Of a stretch of 9,372 nt of DNA, positions 1-7,068 are shown in pieces (within the stretch, counting starts at the first letter, position 1; every line of letters begins with the position of its first letter). Under the pieces are notes generated by a model. It ran no database searches, was not told the DNA's origin, and saw only the letters and a list, made by a program, of their open reading frames with translations. Both the position numbers and the translations under genes were made by a program. This stretch comes from a virus: the UHGV virus genome UHGV-1330501; one strand, written 5' to 3'.

Positions 1-55
1 TTCGATTTTCGCAGCGGCCTTTTCAACATAACGAGTCGTACATTATGCGCACCAA
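1..55. repeat. Left copy of a perfect 55-bp direct repeat (identical to 8400..8454); contains a dif-like XerD-arm/central/XerC-arm element (21..53) and the right half of a terminator stem (10..20). Probably truncated by the window start.
   Basis: Exact identity of 1..55 with 8400..8454; sequence diverges at 56 versus 8455. Plus-strand TTATGCGCACC (43..53) is the reverse complement of the E. coli dif XerC arm GGTGCGCATAA. Confidence 0.85.
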
Positions 56-91
56 TGGTAAGGATGGCGGGAACTGGCGTTACCGGTGCCG

Positions 92-325
92 TCATTGGTC
101 ACAGACCGTAATCCACTGGCCCAGGACGTCTTTCAGGCAATGTTGGCATAAATCCAGTTTTAAGCGATTACTGTCACCAAAAATTGAACCGTATCCAGCT
201 AAGTGATTAACAGACAGAAACTCATTGAACTCAATGTCATCTACCACCGTCTTCGCATGGCGACCACAGCGATCGCAGGTCTTCGCACATAACATTACAG
301 TATCGCTGGATGTGAAAAATTGCAT
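92..325 (-). CDS. Hypothetical small Cys-rich protein (77 aa), possible zinc-ribbon fold (C-x3-C-x2-C ... C-x2-C); accessory gene with no Ff counterpart.
   Basis: ATG at 325 preceded by strong SD (GAGGAG about 7 nt upstream on minus strand); Cys cluster CAKTCDRC ... CQHC in translation. Confidence 0.55.
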   Translation of the reverse strand: MQFFTSSDTVMLCAKTCDRCGRHAKTVVDDIEFNEFLSVNHLAGYGSIFGDSNRLKLDLCQHCLKDVLGQWITVCDQ

Positions 326-397
326 TTTATCTCCTCGTAATGCTGCCGCGCCGAATCAGCAATAACGCTAAAAAAACAGAATTGTTCGGCTTGGCCA

Positions 398-438
398 ACC
401 CCTGACACTAACAAAAGCAAGTTTTGTCATTGTCCGGG
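398..438 (-). promoter_or_regulatory. Long imperfect hairpin (about 19-bp stem, two mismatches, short loop) directly downstream of the 102-aa ORF; candidate terminator or minus-strand-origin-like structure. A run of seven T on the minus strand lies about 20 nt further on (plus 370..376).
   Basis: Plus-strand aacccctgacactaacaaaagcaagttttgtcattgtccggggtt is self-complementary (CCCCTGACA / TGTCCGGGG outer arms, ACAAAAG / GTTTTGT inner arms). Confidence 0.35.
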
Positions 439-442
439 GTTA

Positions 443-751
443 TCATATAAACCAATAGACCGTCCTTACGCCATTCTGGTTATCAATAACATAGCCGCAT
501 TGTTTCCTTAAAAATTCTTCTGCTAAATCAATGGCTTTTACAGAAATCTCATAAGAAGGAAGTAAAGTGTATCCTTTCCCTTCACTGGCAGCTGCTTTGA
601 TCGCATCCAGAGTATTATCAATCAGTAACAGAGCAAGTGATGCTTCATTTACCTGAGCCGAAGAACTTCTGGCTGCAAGTGTCATTGTTTTTGCTTCTTC
701 CGCTGTAATCGTTCGTTCTGCCAGAGCAGATAAAATCCCATAAGAATCCAT
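443..751 (-). CDS. Hypothetical protein (102 aa), Ala/Leu-rich and probably helical; accessory gene in the position of the Ff noncoding intergenic region.
   Basis: ATG at 751 with GGGG about 7 nt upstream; same strand as phage genes, immediately after the gene IV terminal hairpin. No recognisable family. Confidence 0.5.
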   Translation of the reverse strand: MDSYGILSALAERTITAEEAKTMTLAARSSSAQVNEASLALLLIDNTLDAIKAAASEGKGYTLLPSYEISVKAIDLAEEFLRKQCGYVIDNQNGVRTVYWFI

Positions 752-772
752 TAGTTACCCCAATCAATAATG

Positions 773-830
773 TCCATTTGATGGATAGCGAGCAGGGCTC
801 ACGCACCTACCCGCTATCCATCAAAGTGGA
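773..830 (-). promoter_or_regulatory. Large hairpin (about 18-bp stem with one bulge, 21-nt loop) overlapping the gene IV stop codon; candidate packaging signal and/or gene IV terminator, as in Ff phages.
   Basis: tccatttgatggatagcg (773..790) pairs with cgctatccatcaaagtgga (812..830); position directly after gene IV matches where the Ff packaging-signal hairpin lies. Confidence 0.45.
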
Positions 831-2086
831 CGAATGATATGTGCTGTAAGCAAAATATACATAATACGCTGTTCATTGCTGTCTGCCTTGCTACTGAAAA
901 TCCAGCCTATAAGAGGAATTTTACTTATAACTGGAACTGAACGCTCGGCATTGCTGAACGATGAATCGATAAGCCCTCCCAATAACAACGTCTGACCATC
1001 CTTAATCTGGACTGTCGTCTGAATCTGGCGCTGATTAGTAATAATATCGGATGCCTGATCATCATTGCTGATTGAATCAGCGCGAGTGTCGATAGTCAGA
1101 ACTAGTTGCCCGTTACCCATGACAACAGGCGTTACCTTGAGAGAAACGCCAACATCATGACGCTCGATAGTCTGAAACGGATTATTTACCCCGGCAGATT
1201 CGCCCGTTACCTTTCCGGTGATAAACGGCACATTCTTACCTACGGAAATGTAACCAGTCTGACCAGACTGAGTAAGAATACGCGGCGTTGAAATCACCTT
1301 AGAGCGTGAATTACTCTGGACAGCACGCAGAGACAGCGCCAACACGTTACCATCAAAAATACCAAAAGAACCGCCCGCCGTAGAAAGAGCGCTACCCAGT
1401 GCAGAAGTATTAAAGCCCCCCGCAACCTTATGACCGGATGCAGAACCTGCCGCAAACGATAAATCAACGCCATCAGACAAGCTGGTTTCAAACATCAGCG
1501 ACTGAATGAGAACCTGATCGCGGGCAACATCCACAGAATTGATAAAATCGGACAGAACCGGCAGCAGCTCGTCAGGCGCAGAAACAATCAGCGAGTTATT
1601 GCCTGGATAATCCACGACATTACCACCACCATTAGAATCAAGATAAATTTTAATCAGTTGCTGAACATCGGACGATCTAACTTTTGTCAGCTTAAAATTT
1701 CTGACCGTAAGCGCCACAGGTACTGGCTGGTAAGATGGCTCAGAAGGAAAAGTATCATAAGACTGGTTATCAGAATCATCGGAATCCGAAACCATCTGTG
1801 AAGGTAATTTAGACGGCAAAGAGACTACCGCAGGATTGCCAGAAAGCATGACAAAACCGTTAGCATTCAGAACAGACTTAAAGAAATCATCAATATTTGT
1901 TGGATTAACATCAGCATTAAATACGGTTACGTTTCCTTTAATATCAGGATTAACAATAACAGGCTTGCCAGTTTTTGAAGAATACCACTGAACAAATGAG
2001 CGAACAGATGAATTATTTAAATTAACAGTTTCAGCAGAAACGCAGAATGAACAGGCAAATAAAAAAGCAACAATAACAGAGCGCAT
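821..2086 (-). CDS. IV: Filamentous phage gene IV protein (pIV), outer-membrane secretin for virion export.
   Basis: Translation aligns along its length with M13 pIV as I recall it (e.g. GSFGIFxGxVLxLSxRA, NVPFITGxVTGESAxVNNPFQTIER, ILVPxLSKIPLIG). Start chosen at the internal Met (MRSVIVAFLFACSFCVSA, signal-peptide-like) with GGAG SD; the longer ORF to 2179 would overlap gene I. Confidence 0.9.
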   Translation of the reverse strand: MRSVIVAFLFACSFCVSAETVNLNNSSVRSFVQWYSSKTGKPVIVNPDIKGNVTVFNADVNPTNIDDFFKSVLNANGFVMLSGNPAVVSLPSKLPSQMVSDSDDSDNQSYDTFPSEPSYQPVPVALTVRNFKLTKVRSSDVQQLIKIYLDSNGGGNVVDYPGNNSLIVSAPDELLPVLSDFINSVDVARDQVLIQSLMFETSLSDGVDLSFAAGSASGHKVAGGFNTSALGSALSTAGGSFGIFDGNVLALSLRAVQSNSRSKVISTPRILTQSGQTGYISVGKNVPFITGKVTGESAGVNNPFQTIERHDVGVSLKVTPVVMGNGQLVLTIDTRADSISNDDQASDIITNQRQIQTTVQIKDGQTLLLGGLIDSSFSNAERSVPVISKIPLIGWIFSSKADSNEQRIMYILLTAHIIRPL

Positions 2087-2093
2087 AATAATA

Positions 2094-2468
2094 TTACTCC
2101 TGACAGGTAACAGTCTGTAAATAACGGCCTTTTCTAATAACAACACGACAGGCATCTTTAATATCAACGGAATAACCATCTTTAATCAAATCAAAATACT
2201 GATATTTCATACCTTTTGCATCAACAAACGTAACGGAAACGTCAAAGCCAAGTTGTGAAAAAGAATTAATAGAAAGTCGGGGTAAGTCACTGGACGAATC
2301 AGGCGTTACCGCCCTCGCCTGTTCAGCATAAGCAGATTTAATAGCTGAGATTTCATCAACATTCTTTCCAGACTGGAGCCAGAAACCAAACGCAAGCCCC
2401 AGCGCCAAAAAAGAAAGCATTAATATAAGACGGTTCGATTTGCGAAAATAAATTTTAGTGAGGCGCAT
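2094..2468 (-). CDS. XI: Putative gene XI protein (pXI), in-frame internal start within gene I at Met241 (MRLTKIYFRK...), as in Ff phages.
   Basis: Internal ATG at the position corresponding to M13 pXI start (MKLTKIYLKK), followed by a hydrophobic membrane segment. Confidence 0.5.
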   Translation of the reverse strand: MRLTKIYFRKSNRLILMLSFLALGLAFGFWLQSGKNVDEISAIKSAYAEQARAVTPDSSSDLPRLSINSFSQLGFDVSVTFVDAKGMKYQYFDLIKDGYSVDIKDACRVVIRKGRYLQTVTCQE

Positions 2469-3188
2469 ATAATAATTAAATCCTCTGTGAACAGAAAATT
2501 GACCGTGCGTGATAAATGGTGGCAAAAGCGAAAATGCGCCATGAGGATAATTATCTGTGAACGCTTGTTTGGTATTGTAAGCAGAATAAAGAGATTTTCC
2601 TGTATATATCCATTTATCAACAGTGATTGAATTAACATTATCACCATATTTGACAATGCCAAAGTGTACCTTTGGTAAAGAAAATCTCGCCCCTGAAACC
2701 AAATTCATAATGGAGCCAACAAAAGGAATGTTTAATTTATCTGAACGGCGACAATAAACAACATGCTCAGCAAGCGCCAGACGAGCTTGCTTATCCATTA
2801 TCGAAATATCCTGAATCAAAAATATAATATCCCAGCCTAATTTTCTGGCATGTAAAAACCAGTCAATAACAGGTTGTCTGTCTTTATCACCCCATGAGCG
2901 GGAATTAAACCAAGTACCACATTCATCAAGTACAAGGAGGCCATTACGGGATTCATCGTAAGATGTATTCCCAATACCAATAGCAAGTAAATCATTTAAT
3001 GAAGGCTTGTCAGGAATGCGAATAACGCGCGTTTTTTTCGCATAACGCCCAACCATAGGCATATTATGCAATTTAAGATCAAGATTAGTGGCAACAGGAC
3101 AACCCTTAGCAAGTCTTTCCTGTATTCTGGAAACACTAACAAGTGTCTTGCCTGAGCCTAATTTGCCTGTTACTACATAAACCGCCAT
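2094..3188 (-). CDS. I: Filamentous phage gene I protein (pI), Zot-like assembly ATPase with Walker A motif GKLGSGKT.
   Basis: N-terminus MAVYVVTGKLGSGKTLVSV closely matches M13 pI (MAVYFVTGKLGSGKTLVSV); conserved LLVLDECGTWFN and ARKLGWDIIFL; start directly follows the gene VI stop. Confidence 0.92.
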   Translation of the reverse strand: MAVYVVTGKLGSGKTLVSVSRIQERLAKGCPVATNLDLKLHNMPMVGRYAKKTRVIRIPDKPSLNDLLAIGIGNTSYDESRNGLLVLDECGTWFNSRSWGDKDRQPVIDWFLHARKLGWDIIFLIQDISIMDKQARLALAEHVVYCRRSDKLNIPFVGSIMNLVSGARFSLPKVHFGIVKYGDNVNSITVDKWIYTGKSLYSAYNTKQAFTDNYPHGAFSLLPPFITHGQFSVHRGFNYYMRLTKIYFRKSNRLILMLSFLALGLAFGFWLQSGKNVDEISAIKSAYAEQARAVTPDSSSDLPRLSINSFSQLGFDVSVTFVDAKGMKYQYFDLIKDGYSVDIKDACRVVIRKGRYLQTVTCQE

Positions 3189-3533
3189 TTAAATCACCCT
3201 GTTTGCATAATCAAGAAATTTTTGTTTTAAATCGAAAACAAAAACACTGATACGAGTAACCATAATAACGTTAACACACGCCTGAAAATGGTCAGGCAAT
3301 ACAGACGCCATTAAATGGGAGAAATCAGCAGGTAAACCGTTATACATGACCTCAGCAAGGTACTGCATTAAAAGCGTAACAGTTGTTGTAATTAATGCGA
3401 CCAATGCAAAGGCGATTAATCCTGTTCTGGTAGCAAGTCGAGCTAAAAAACTCGCCACATAGCCAATAAACAAAGGAACAAGACCAATAAGAAAACGCAA
3501 CAATGCAGGAATACCTAATAATAAAGGCATCAC
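3189..3533 (-). CDS. VI: Filamentous phage gene VI protein (pVI), minor coat protein.
   Basis: N-terminus [15 protein letters not shown] and C-terminal FVFDLKQKF resemble M13 pVI (MPVLLGIPLLLRFL ... FIFDVKQKI); start overlaps the gene III stop (ATGA). Confidence 0.85.
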   Translation of the reverse strand: MMPLLLGIPALLRFLIGLVPLFIGYVASFLARLATRTGLIAFALVALITTTVTLLMQYLAEVMYNGLPADFSHLMASVLPDHFQACVNVIMVTRISVFVFDLKQKFLDYANRVI

Positions 3534-4825
3534 TCACCCCCTTTGCGAAGCAATGAAGTTAAAGAAGTAAAGACATACCAGAACGTAAGGCAATAAAAAA
3601 CCCATGAAAGAACATCTTTAATAGTCAGTAATTTATCGCAACCAATATCAATCTGATAAACCTCTCCGGGAAAAATAATAAAATCAGAGCAGCCGTTACC
3701 ATTGGGTAAATTAGGCAGCATAGCACCTTTATTTAAAAATGCTTCCCATAAAGCACCGTGAGAATCCTTTTCAATTCCCAATTCAGAATCAGCTAAAGTA
3801 GAAGCGCCATCTAATTCAGAGTCGCCCTTTCCATAACGAGAATCACCACCTGAAGGGTCAGCAAAACGGCCAGCCCCCCGCGTAAGATTGTTAATGGAAT
3901 CGTCAAGACGATTTATATTATTCCTGGTTTGTTCATCGGCATTTTTTTTATCATCTGATGAAGTGTCTTTCTCCGTTAATTTATCATGAATATCGCTGGC
4001 TATTTTGGGTGAAGCACCTTCGATCGCAGACTGAATATCACCTTTAGAAAGACTGGAACCACTAGAGCCACCGCCAGAACTACCGCCACCGGACTCACCA
4101 CCGCCAGACTCACCACCACCGGACTCACCACCACCGGACTCACCACCACCGGACTCACCACCGCCGGACTCACCACCGCCGGACTCACCACCGCCAGACT
4201 CACCACCACCATTTTGGGGGGTTGAGGGTTTATCAGAGGGGTCAGCTACAGCACCTGTAGGCTTCCATGTTGCAGCGCAAACAGTACCATCACCCTGACA
4301 AACAATGACACCAGTAGCCTCATATTCACAGCCGTTATAGTAGATATAGCGACCACCATCATATGAATCAACATTATTAAATACACCTTCTTCTGGCGGC
4401 TTCGCTTCACAAATTTCTTCTGGTGTCGGGTCAGTAGGTTTTTCATCAGGAACAGAACGCTGAATATTACCAACAATATAAGCCGTTAAAGACCAATATT
4501 TATCCTTCTGCCCTGGTGAATCGCTGTAAGTACAATCGCCAGTAAAAACAAGACGGAATTCAGAATCAGGCCAGATACCCTCATAAGTTGGTTTAATCCG
4601 AGTAAATACACTCTGAGCACTGGATTTAGCACCCTGACAAGCGGAGGCCTGCATAGCAGCATCAATATAGTAAACCGTTATCTTAGAGCCATCCTGATTG
4701 GTTATTTGCTTACTTTCAGCATAGGCAGAACTTTGATAAGTGGATTTAGTAATGCTTTCCCATGACTCAGCATGTGAAAAAGGAGAAATGAGGACAGCGG
4801 AAAGAATTAATATTTTCCTTCTCAT
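3530..4825 (-). CDS. III: Filamentous phage gene III protein (pIII), minor coat / adsorption protein with Cys-containing N-terminal domains, Gly-rich (GGGES)n linker and C-terminal membrane anchor.
   Basis: Position after gene VIII and its terminator; signal-peptide-like start [19 protein letters not shown] chosen over the longer ORF to 4969, which would overlap gene VIII; Gly-rich linker repeats. Confidence 0.8.
   Translation of the reverse strand: MRRKILILSAVLISPFSHAESWESITKSTYQSSAYAESKQITNQDGSKITVYYIDAAMQASACQGAKSSAQSVFTRIKPTYEGIWPDSEFRLVFTGDCTYSDSPGQKDKYWSLTAYIVGNIQRSVPDEKPTDPTPEEICEAKPPEEGVFNNVDSYDGGRYIYYNGCEYEATGVIVCQGDGTVCAATWKPTGAVADPSDKPSTPQNGGGESGGGESGGGESGGGESGGGESGGGESGGGESGGGESGGGSSGGGSSGSSLSKGDIQSAIEGASPKIASDIHDKLTEKDTSSDDKKNADEQTRNNINRLDDSINNLTRGAGRFADPSGGDSRYGKGDSELDGASTLADSELGIEKDSHGALWEAFLNKGAMLPNLPNGNGCSDFIIFPGEVYQIDIGCDKLLTIKDVLSWVFYCLTFWYVFTSLTSLLRKGGE
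4091..4210 (-). repeat. Tandem array of eight 15-bp units (minus-strand sense CGGTGGTGGTGAGTC and variants) encoding (GGGES)n in the pIII linker, with degenerate copies extending to about 4063.
   Basis: Direct reading of the repeated gactcaccacc(a/g)cc(g/a) units in the plus strand. Confidence 0.9.
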
Positions 4826-4843
4826 AGTAACCCGCTTTAATAA

Positions 4844-4862
4844 AGGGGCAACGAGTGCCCCT
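4844..4862 (-). terminator. Stem-loop (AGGGGCA, 5-nt loop, TGCCCCT) between gene VIII and gene III, followed on the minus strand by TTATTAAAG; candidate intrinsic terminator, as after gene VIII in Ff phages.
   Basis: 7-bp GC-rich inverted repeat in the sequence; position matches the Ff gene VIII terminator. The T-tract is weak. Confidence 0.45.
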
Positions 4863-4871
4863 GAGTGAAAT

Positions 4872-5114
4872 TCAAACCGCTTTTGAAGAGAATTTTTTGA
4901 AAATACGAATGGCAAGCCCAGCGCCAACCACAGCAACAACAACAGGCCATACTTTACCAATGAGATCATTTGCCTGAGTCAACAAAGCATCCATTGCCTG
5001 ACCTGCATAATCAGTACCACCTGTAGCGCCTTCAGCCGCAAAAGAACTTGCAGAAATAAAAAGCGCAGTTGAAGCCAAAGCAATTTTATATTTAACAGTA
5101 GACAGAATTTTCAT
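4872..5114 (-). CDS. VIII: Filamentous phage gene VIII protein (pVIII), major coat protein precursor.
   Basis: Signal peptide ending SFA followed by AEG; acidic N-terminus, hydrophobic core and basic C-terminus (KKFSSKAV) parallel M13 pVIII (SFA-AEGDD ... KKFTSKAS); GGAG SD upstream. Confidence 0.88.
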   Translation of the reverse strand: MKILSTVKYKIALASTALFISASSFAAEGATGGTDYAGQAMDALLTQANDLIGKVWPVVVAVVGAGLAIRIFKKFSSKAV

Positions 5115-5133
5115 AGGAATAACTCCATTAAGG

Positions 5134-5229
5134 TTACATTAATCGGTCAGAAAATGATTTAAATGAACCGACCGCATAGAAAAGGGCAAAACCAAAGGTA
5201 TAAGCCCCGAAGAAATAAACGATATACAT
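5134..5229 (-). CDS. IX: Putative gene IX protein (pIX), 31-aa hydrophobic minor coat protein (MYIVYFFGAYTFGFALFYAVGSFKSFSDRLM).
   Basis: Small ORF whose ATG overlaps the gene VII stop (TAATG); size, hydrophobicity and position match Ff gene IX. Confidence 0.6.
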   Translation of the reverse strand: MYIVYFFGAYTFGFALFYAVGSFKSFSDRLM

Positions 5230-5315
5230 TAACGAAAGACCCCCGCAGTAATCGCGCCGAGGCCAAAAGAAATAACGATGCCAGACGCTATCAAAATTTG
5301 AATAACATCGTCCAT
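5229..5315 (-). CDS. VII: Putative gene VII protein (pVII), 28-aa hydrophobic minor coat protein (MDDVIQILIASGIVISFGLGAITAGVFR).
   Basis: ATG two nt after the gene V-position stop; composition resembles M13 pVII (MEQVADFDTIYQAMIQISVVLCFALGIIAGGQR). Not in the ORF track because of its size. Confidence 0.6.
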   Translation of the reverse strand: MDDVIQILIASGIVISFGLGAITAGVFR

Positions 5316-5317
5316 AT

Positions 5318-5635
5318 TTAACCTTTGATCTCTGCGATGCCACCATCGGAAGCAACATTATAAGTTACACCTTCCCTACCCTCCATTGACCACGCACGGA
5401 CATAGACAGGAATTTGAACTAATTTCCCAATGAAAGCATTCGCCTGGTTCATTAGACCTGCGTTAACGAGAGCCTGAGAAACTCGAATAATAATTTGATC
5501 CTGCTTTGTACCACCAAAACCATCAGGTATTTCAAGGCCAATACCAATTTCATTATAATAGCCCTGACCATTAACTTTATTACGTTGGCGGGCTCCCAAC
5601 ATTTTACCCTTAACGAAAAGACCATAATTAGACAT
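5318..5635 (-). CDS. Protein in the gene V position (105 aa); putative ssDNA-binding protein by synteny only.
   Basis: ATG at 5635 with AAGGAAAG SD, 11 nt after the gene II stop. The sequence does not obviously resemble M13 gVp as I recall it. Confidence 0.5.
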   Translation of the reverse strand: MSNYGLFVKGKMLGARQRNKVNGQGYYNEIGIGLEIPDGFGGTKQDQIIIRVSQALVNAGLMNQANAFIGKLVQIPVYVRAWSMEGREGVTYNVASDGGIAEIKG

Positions 5636-5646
5636 ATTACTTTCCT

Positions 5647-5961
5647 TTAATGCCAGCTACTGGCGTGCGAAATACGGTTGTAATCGAAAATAAAACCTTT
5701 CTCATAAATCCATAAGGGGATTTCCGCTGGCTTGGCTTCCAGCGTTCTTATTAGCGGAACAACGTTATTAGAGTCTGGTGAATCACAATAGAAATTAATA
5801 TCGATACCGAACGAAAGCAATTCTCTTCTATGGCGATAAAAAGTGTTATGAGGTAACATTTCTTTCATGTTAGCCCCTTGTTTCCAAAGTAAATAAGTTG
5901 ACTGTATTTTTCTTGGCAGTTTCGTTATTTTTTCATCACTTAAAATAGCATTCTGATTCAT
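5647..5961 (-). CDS. X: Putative gene X protein (pX): in-frame internal start within gene II (MNQNAILSDE..., about 104 aa).
   Basis: Internal ATG at 5961 preceded by GGGAG SD about 8 nt upstream; analogous to Ff pX, the C-terminal third of pII. An alternative internal ATG at 6009 lacks a clear SD. Confidence 0.4.
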   Translation of the reverse strand: MNQNAILSDEKITKLPRKIQSTYLLWKQGANMKEMLPHNTFYRHRRELLSFGIDINFYCDSPDSNNVVPLIRTLEAKPAEIPLWIYEKGFIFDYNRISHASSWH

Positions 5962-6699
5962 TTCTATTCTCCCTACATATTCAGAGAATAATTGACGTGG
6001 TGTTTTCATATTCCAGTTAGCGCCAAGCGTTAAATTTAAATCAATAAGCTCAGTTGTTCTTAATGTTAATTCAATACGTAATTTATCTTTCGTCCAGTCC
6101 AGTAACCCGGCTCGTACAAACTCTTCGGCTATCTGGTGCCCTTTTTTACCAGAAACGTGTTCATCATATTTTGAATAAAATTTCAGACTCCATCGACGGG
6201 AGTTTTTACCTAAATAAACTGTACCGCCTTTCCCACATGCGCGACCATGGCGTGTTTTAGCTTTAAATTCGGCGGCATAAAGCCATGATCTGACATTTTC
6301 CAGCGTAGATAATGAATACATGTAATTAATGTCAATACGTGAAATTTTATACTGACCTGCCATAACGGCTTTATAAGACGCTAAATCATGAGGAATATTC
6401 AATAAGGATAAAATCCTGGCATAGACCGTCAACATGAGCCCTTGTATATCATCCGACCCAACAACAGAATGCCCCTGCAGAAACTTGGAAGGATTACCAT
6501 CAATGTACAAATGTGTCGCTTTACCTTCGCCATTAGATCCTATCGATCGTACTTTCATCGTTGCTTCATGCGAGCCGCGAACAGTCAGTCGCTTAACGGT
6601 TTCCCACTCAATTGCACCGTCAGCATCAACGCTGACAACACTCCCCGCCGGAAGCGGTTTGTGTGTGCAAGGGAAAATCCCGGTAAGCCAATCGATCAC
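5647..6699 (-). CDS. II: Filamentous phage gene II protein (pII), rolling-circle replication initiator. Start placed at GTG 6699 (protein would begin MIDWLTG...); the ORF is open upstream to GTG 6741.
   Basis: Large ORF at the head of the minus-strand gene order; GAGGA SD 8 nt upstream of GTG 6699 and resemblance of MIDW... to the M13 pII N-terminus MIDMLVL. Confidence 0.8.
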   Translation of the reverse strand: MIDWLTGIFPCTHKPLPAGSVVSVDADGAIEWETVKRLTVRGSHEATMKVRSIGSNGEGKATHLYIDGNPSKFLQGHSVVGSDDIQGLMLTVYARILSLLNIPHDLASYKAVMAGQYKISRIDINYMYSLSTLENVRSWLYAAEFKAKTRHGRACGKGGTVYLGKNSRRWSLKFYSKYDEHVSGKKGHQIAEEFVRAGLLDWTKDKLRIELTLRTTELIDLNLTLGANWNMKTPRQLFSEYVGRIEMNQNAILSDEKITKLPRKIQSTYLLWKQGANMKEMLPHNTFYRHRRELLSFGIDINFYCDSPDSNNVVPLIRTLEAKPAEIPLWIYEKGFIFDYNRISHASSWH

Positions 6700-6868
6700 G
6701 AATAAATCCTCAAAATTGCAAAAATGACGACTTACTAACACATGAGTTCAGTAGTTCATTAGTGTTTAAACATTACACCAGTGAGCTAGTGAGTTCAAGA
6801 GGCTTGGATGATATGAGTTCATGAGCATGTATACTCACTTCAAATATTGCATTGAACGAGCGTAAAAA
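6700..6868. promoter_or_regulatory. Divergent intergenic control region between gene II (minus) and the plus-strand accessory operon, with three direct copies of TGAGTTCA (6743..6750, 6790..6797, 6814..6821); candidate operators, promoters and/or plus-strand origin.
   Basis: Direct repeats read from the sequence; location between divergently oriented genes. The first copy lies upstream of the preferred gene II start at 6699. Confidence 0.45.
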
Positions 6869-7051
6869 ATGGCAAAGCGCACGACTTATAACGTGACGGA
6901 AGAAAGAAAAATGAAACTAGAACGACTGGCTATAAATGCCAGTGTAAAACTAGGAAAAACAATTACATGGACAGAGATTTTAGGTTATCTGATTGATAAC
7001 TACTCTAAAGATGCAGCAGAAGATCTCATGTCTGCCAAACAAAAGGATTAA
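6869..7051 (+). CDS. Small basic protein (60 aa), candidate transcriptional regulator (possibly ribbon-helix-helix-like) read divergently from gene II.
   Basis: ATG at 6869 and stop TAA at 7049..7051; a short N-terminal stretch (TTYNVT) followed by charged helical sequence. Function inferred from position and size only. Confidence 0.5.
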   Translation: MAKRTTYNVTEERKMKLERLAINASVKLGKTITWTEILGYLIDNYSKDAAEDLMSAKQKD

Positions 7052-7068
7052 GTACCACGAATGGTACA

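Noticed and set aside
21-53. A canonical chromosomal dif site (GGTGCGCATAATGTATATTATGTTAAAT)
   Set aside because: Only the XerC arm is exact; the central region is not TGTATA and the spacing is atypical, so neither copy is a canonical E. coli dif. Described as dif-like only.
350-390. Possible second hairpin (GCCGAA ... TTCGGC) flanking the A/T run in the 326..442 spacer
   Set aside because: Only a 6-bp stem with a long unpaired interior; too weak to call.
1106-1491. Plus-strand 61-aa ORF (1106..1291) and minus-strand 65-aa ORF (1294..1491) inside gene IV
   Set aside because: Antisense or out-of-frame within a well-supported secretin gene; no start signals or recognisable features.
2420-2662. 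Minus-strand 80-aa ORF inside gene I
   Set aside because: Out-of-frame overlap within the gene I coding sequence; low-complexity translation.
4063-4210. Regularly spaced short direct repeats that could superficially suggest a CRISPR-like or minisatellite array
   Set aside because: Units are contiguous 15-bp repeats without spacers, lie inside the gene III reading frame and encode the Gly-rich pIII linker.
4000-4212. Minus-strand 70-aa ORF (VVSPAVVSP repeats)
   Set aside because: An alternate reading frame through the same tandem repeats, wholly inside gene III; no independent start signals.
3352-4476. Minus-strand ORFs 3352..3537 and 4246..4476
   Set aside because: Out-of-frame overlaps within genes VI and III; no independent support.
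5134-5358. 74-aa minus-strand ORF
   Set aside because: Its N-terminal part overlaps the end of the gene V-position ORF and gene VII in another frame; only the last 31 codons, with their own ATG overlapping the gene VII stop, are taken as real (gene IX).
6054-6727. Plus-strand ORFs antisense to gene II (6054..6260, 6434..6727, 6442..6705)
   Set aside because: Antisense to the replication initiator gene, overlapping each other, with no ribosome-binding sites noted.
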